Below are positions 47,901 through 49,156 of a DNA stretch of 49,156 nucleotides, piece after piece; the first letter of the stretch is position 1; every line of letters starts with the position of its first letter. The notes below the pieces were generated by a model. That model did no database searches. It saw only the letters and a list, made by a program, of their open reading frames with translations, and was not told the origin of the DNA. The position numbers and the translations under genes are program-made. Source of the DNA: Perkinsus chesapeaki ATCC PRA-425 (Eukaryota > Protista > Perkinsozoa); the NCBI GenBank assembly GCA_013115145.1, contig JAAPAO010000234.1, positions 1 through 49,156 on the forward strand, in the 5' to 3' direction.

Positions 47901-48282
47901 GCAAAACCGAAGTATATTGCTATCCTGATATCGACAAGGGCAGTCGACTTACACAGTGGGTGGCTTTTGGACCGTCTCCTTTGATCTTTTAGTTGACAGA
48001 TTTGAACTAGATGAACTTGAGGAAGGTGAAGTTTTCATTATATTCGTACCTCGTCGTGAGGTGATGTCAGTCTGGATTGGTGAAGGAAGCACGAAGGTGA
48101 TTGCGGCAAACGGTGACGTTGAATAATGCATTGTTGGTAATCAGCCTCCGGAGCAGACTATTGAGGACATTCGTGAGACCCTTTGTGAGCGCCATGGCAT
48201 ACCAGCATCACGGGTCGATATCGAAATTGTATATCAAGGAGATGAGACAGAGGAGTTCGAGGAGTACTTTGACGATGACTAG
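44955..48282 (+). CDS. Dual-specificity (MAP kinase) phosphatase with gelsolin-like repeats, multi-exon
   Basis: SEILPGALYLGG...GITHIVN, FLKDARDE, KVLVHCFEG|VSRSSTVVVAYLM and ICNPNTGF form a DSP domain with an intact HCxxGxxR motif. Gelsolin-like segments are GFVVYVWSGKDA (N-terminal) and EVFIIFV...VWIGEGS...IVYQGDETEEFEEYF* (C-terminal). Confidence 0.85.
46419..46490 (-). tRNA. tRNA-Gln, anticodon CTG, intronless
   Basis: Reverse complement is GGTTCTATGGTGTAACGGTTAGCACTCCAGACTCTGAATCTGGCGATCTGGGTTCAAATCCCGGTAGAACCT. Acceptor stem GGTTCTA/TAGAACC, anticodon stem CCAGA/TCTGG with loop CTCTGAA, T-loop TTCAAAT, A and B boxes, and a T4 run at the 3' end. Confidence 0.97.
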
Positions 48283-48819
48283 TTCGATCCGCCGCAACGA
48301 CTCCTGTGGACTTTCCTCAACCAGTATGCTATGTCACTCTTGCCTCGAGGTTGATGGTTTTGTGATAATTCACCGAGCCTATATTCTATGATGTTATCAA
48401 ATGCACCGGTCGTTGCTATTGGCAGTGATTGTGAGGCGTCCATGCAATTACTCTTCGAAAATAAGTGTTGCGCTTTCGGGAAGCCATTACGCCATGTTGT
48501 CTCTCATAATCACACTCTTGGAACTCAACAAGCTTGCGGGGCAGAAAATAGCGTTACCTAATGACAATAAAAAGGTGTGCCGTGTCTGGTATCTGGACGG
48601 GTCCCTATATGAAACGTTCCTGATGAAAGTGAACGGAGTTAGGCGTAAATGAAACAACAACAGTCTTTCAAGCGAATCAAATGATGATGGAATCAACGTT
48701 TTCGGAACATACAACGGAAGAGCGTGTCCCCCCACCGTTGAACAAGATGTGTGGAATGATTCACACTTAAGCGCTACTGTATGAGCACAAACCCGCATCT
48801 CACACGACACGAGTTCATG

Positions 48820-49156
48820 CTATAGTGCAAGCCTACATGTGATAAGAAATGCTACGTGAACATTATGACATAAGACGTAGAAAGTAGGCAAAGCCCACAA
48901 GGGACTGGCACAGTCGAATGAGTGCCATATTGAACACCAGCGTATGACAAACCGACTTTGAATAATACACGGATAATCAAAAAGATCTGGGAATATATCC
49001 AAACGAGGTGATTAATACACTCGATAATCTGTGCTGAACAAAGTCCTATAGCCCGGCATAAAGTGATGATTCATTGAGGTGAATTAGTTGGGCGTCACGC
49101 TTCCCTACGGCCACGGGAGTGGGAGTAGCGCAGCAAGGGCTGGCAGGACCACCAAA
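48820..49156 (-). CDS. Possible internal exons of a gene entering from beyond the window, product unknown
   Basis: Minus-strand reading LVVLPALAALLPLPW followed by a GT...AG stretch and an open segment LCSAQIIECINHLVWIYSQIFLIIRVLFKVGLSYAGVQYG. No family recognised. Confidence 0.25.

Overview
Gene-dense eukaryotic genomic DNA with many short (~40-50 nt) GT-AG introns and two N-gaps (7820-7916, 26129-26224). Intron style and gene families suggest a perkinsid alveolate such as Perkinsus (inference, not a database match). Bases 1-8.3 kb hold four secreted Cys-rich/Thr-rich mucin-like genes, two of them a recent duplicate pair, with a signal-peptide, degenerate FkbM-like methyltransferase gene inside the cluster. 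These are followed by a MYND-finger gene, two tandem membrane metallophosphoesterases, a membrane class III cyclase with an altered metal site, an RCC1-HECT E3 ligase, an unknown coiled-coil protein, a nucleotide-sugar transporter, an LRR protein, NudCD2 and MetAP2. All 15 of these genes are on the minus strand. After a 135-bp divergent gap come a Pro-rich unknown gene, a small Cys-rich secreted protein, ATP synthase OSCP (minus), ArfGAP, a SPATA4/SPEF1-like CH protein, and a gelsolin-repeat dual-specificity phosphatase whose enlarged intron contains an antisense tRNA-Gln(CTG). I saw no CRISPR array, rRNA or intact mobile element. Exon structures were read by eye, so outer gene coordinates are approximate where stated. 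I cannot demonstrate a new biological system. The strongest leads are the mucin/methyltransferase cluster, the leader-bearing MetAP2, the DGN cyclase and the intronic tRNA.
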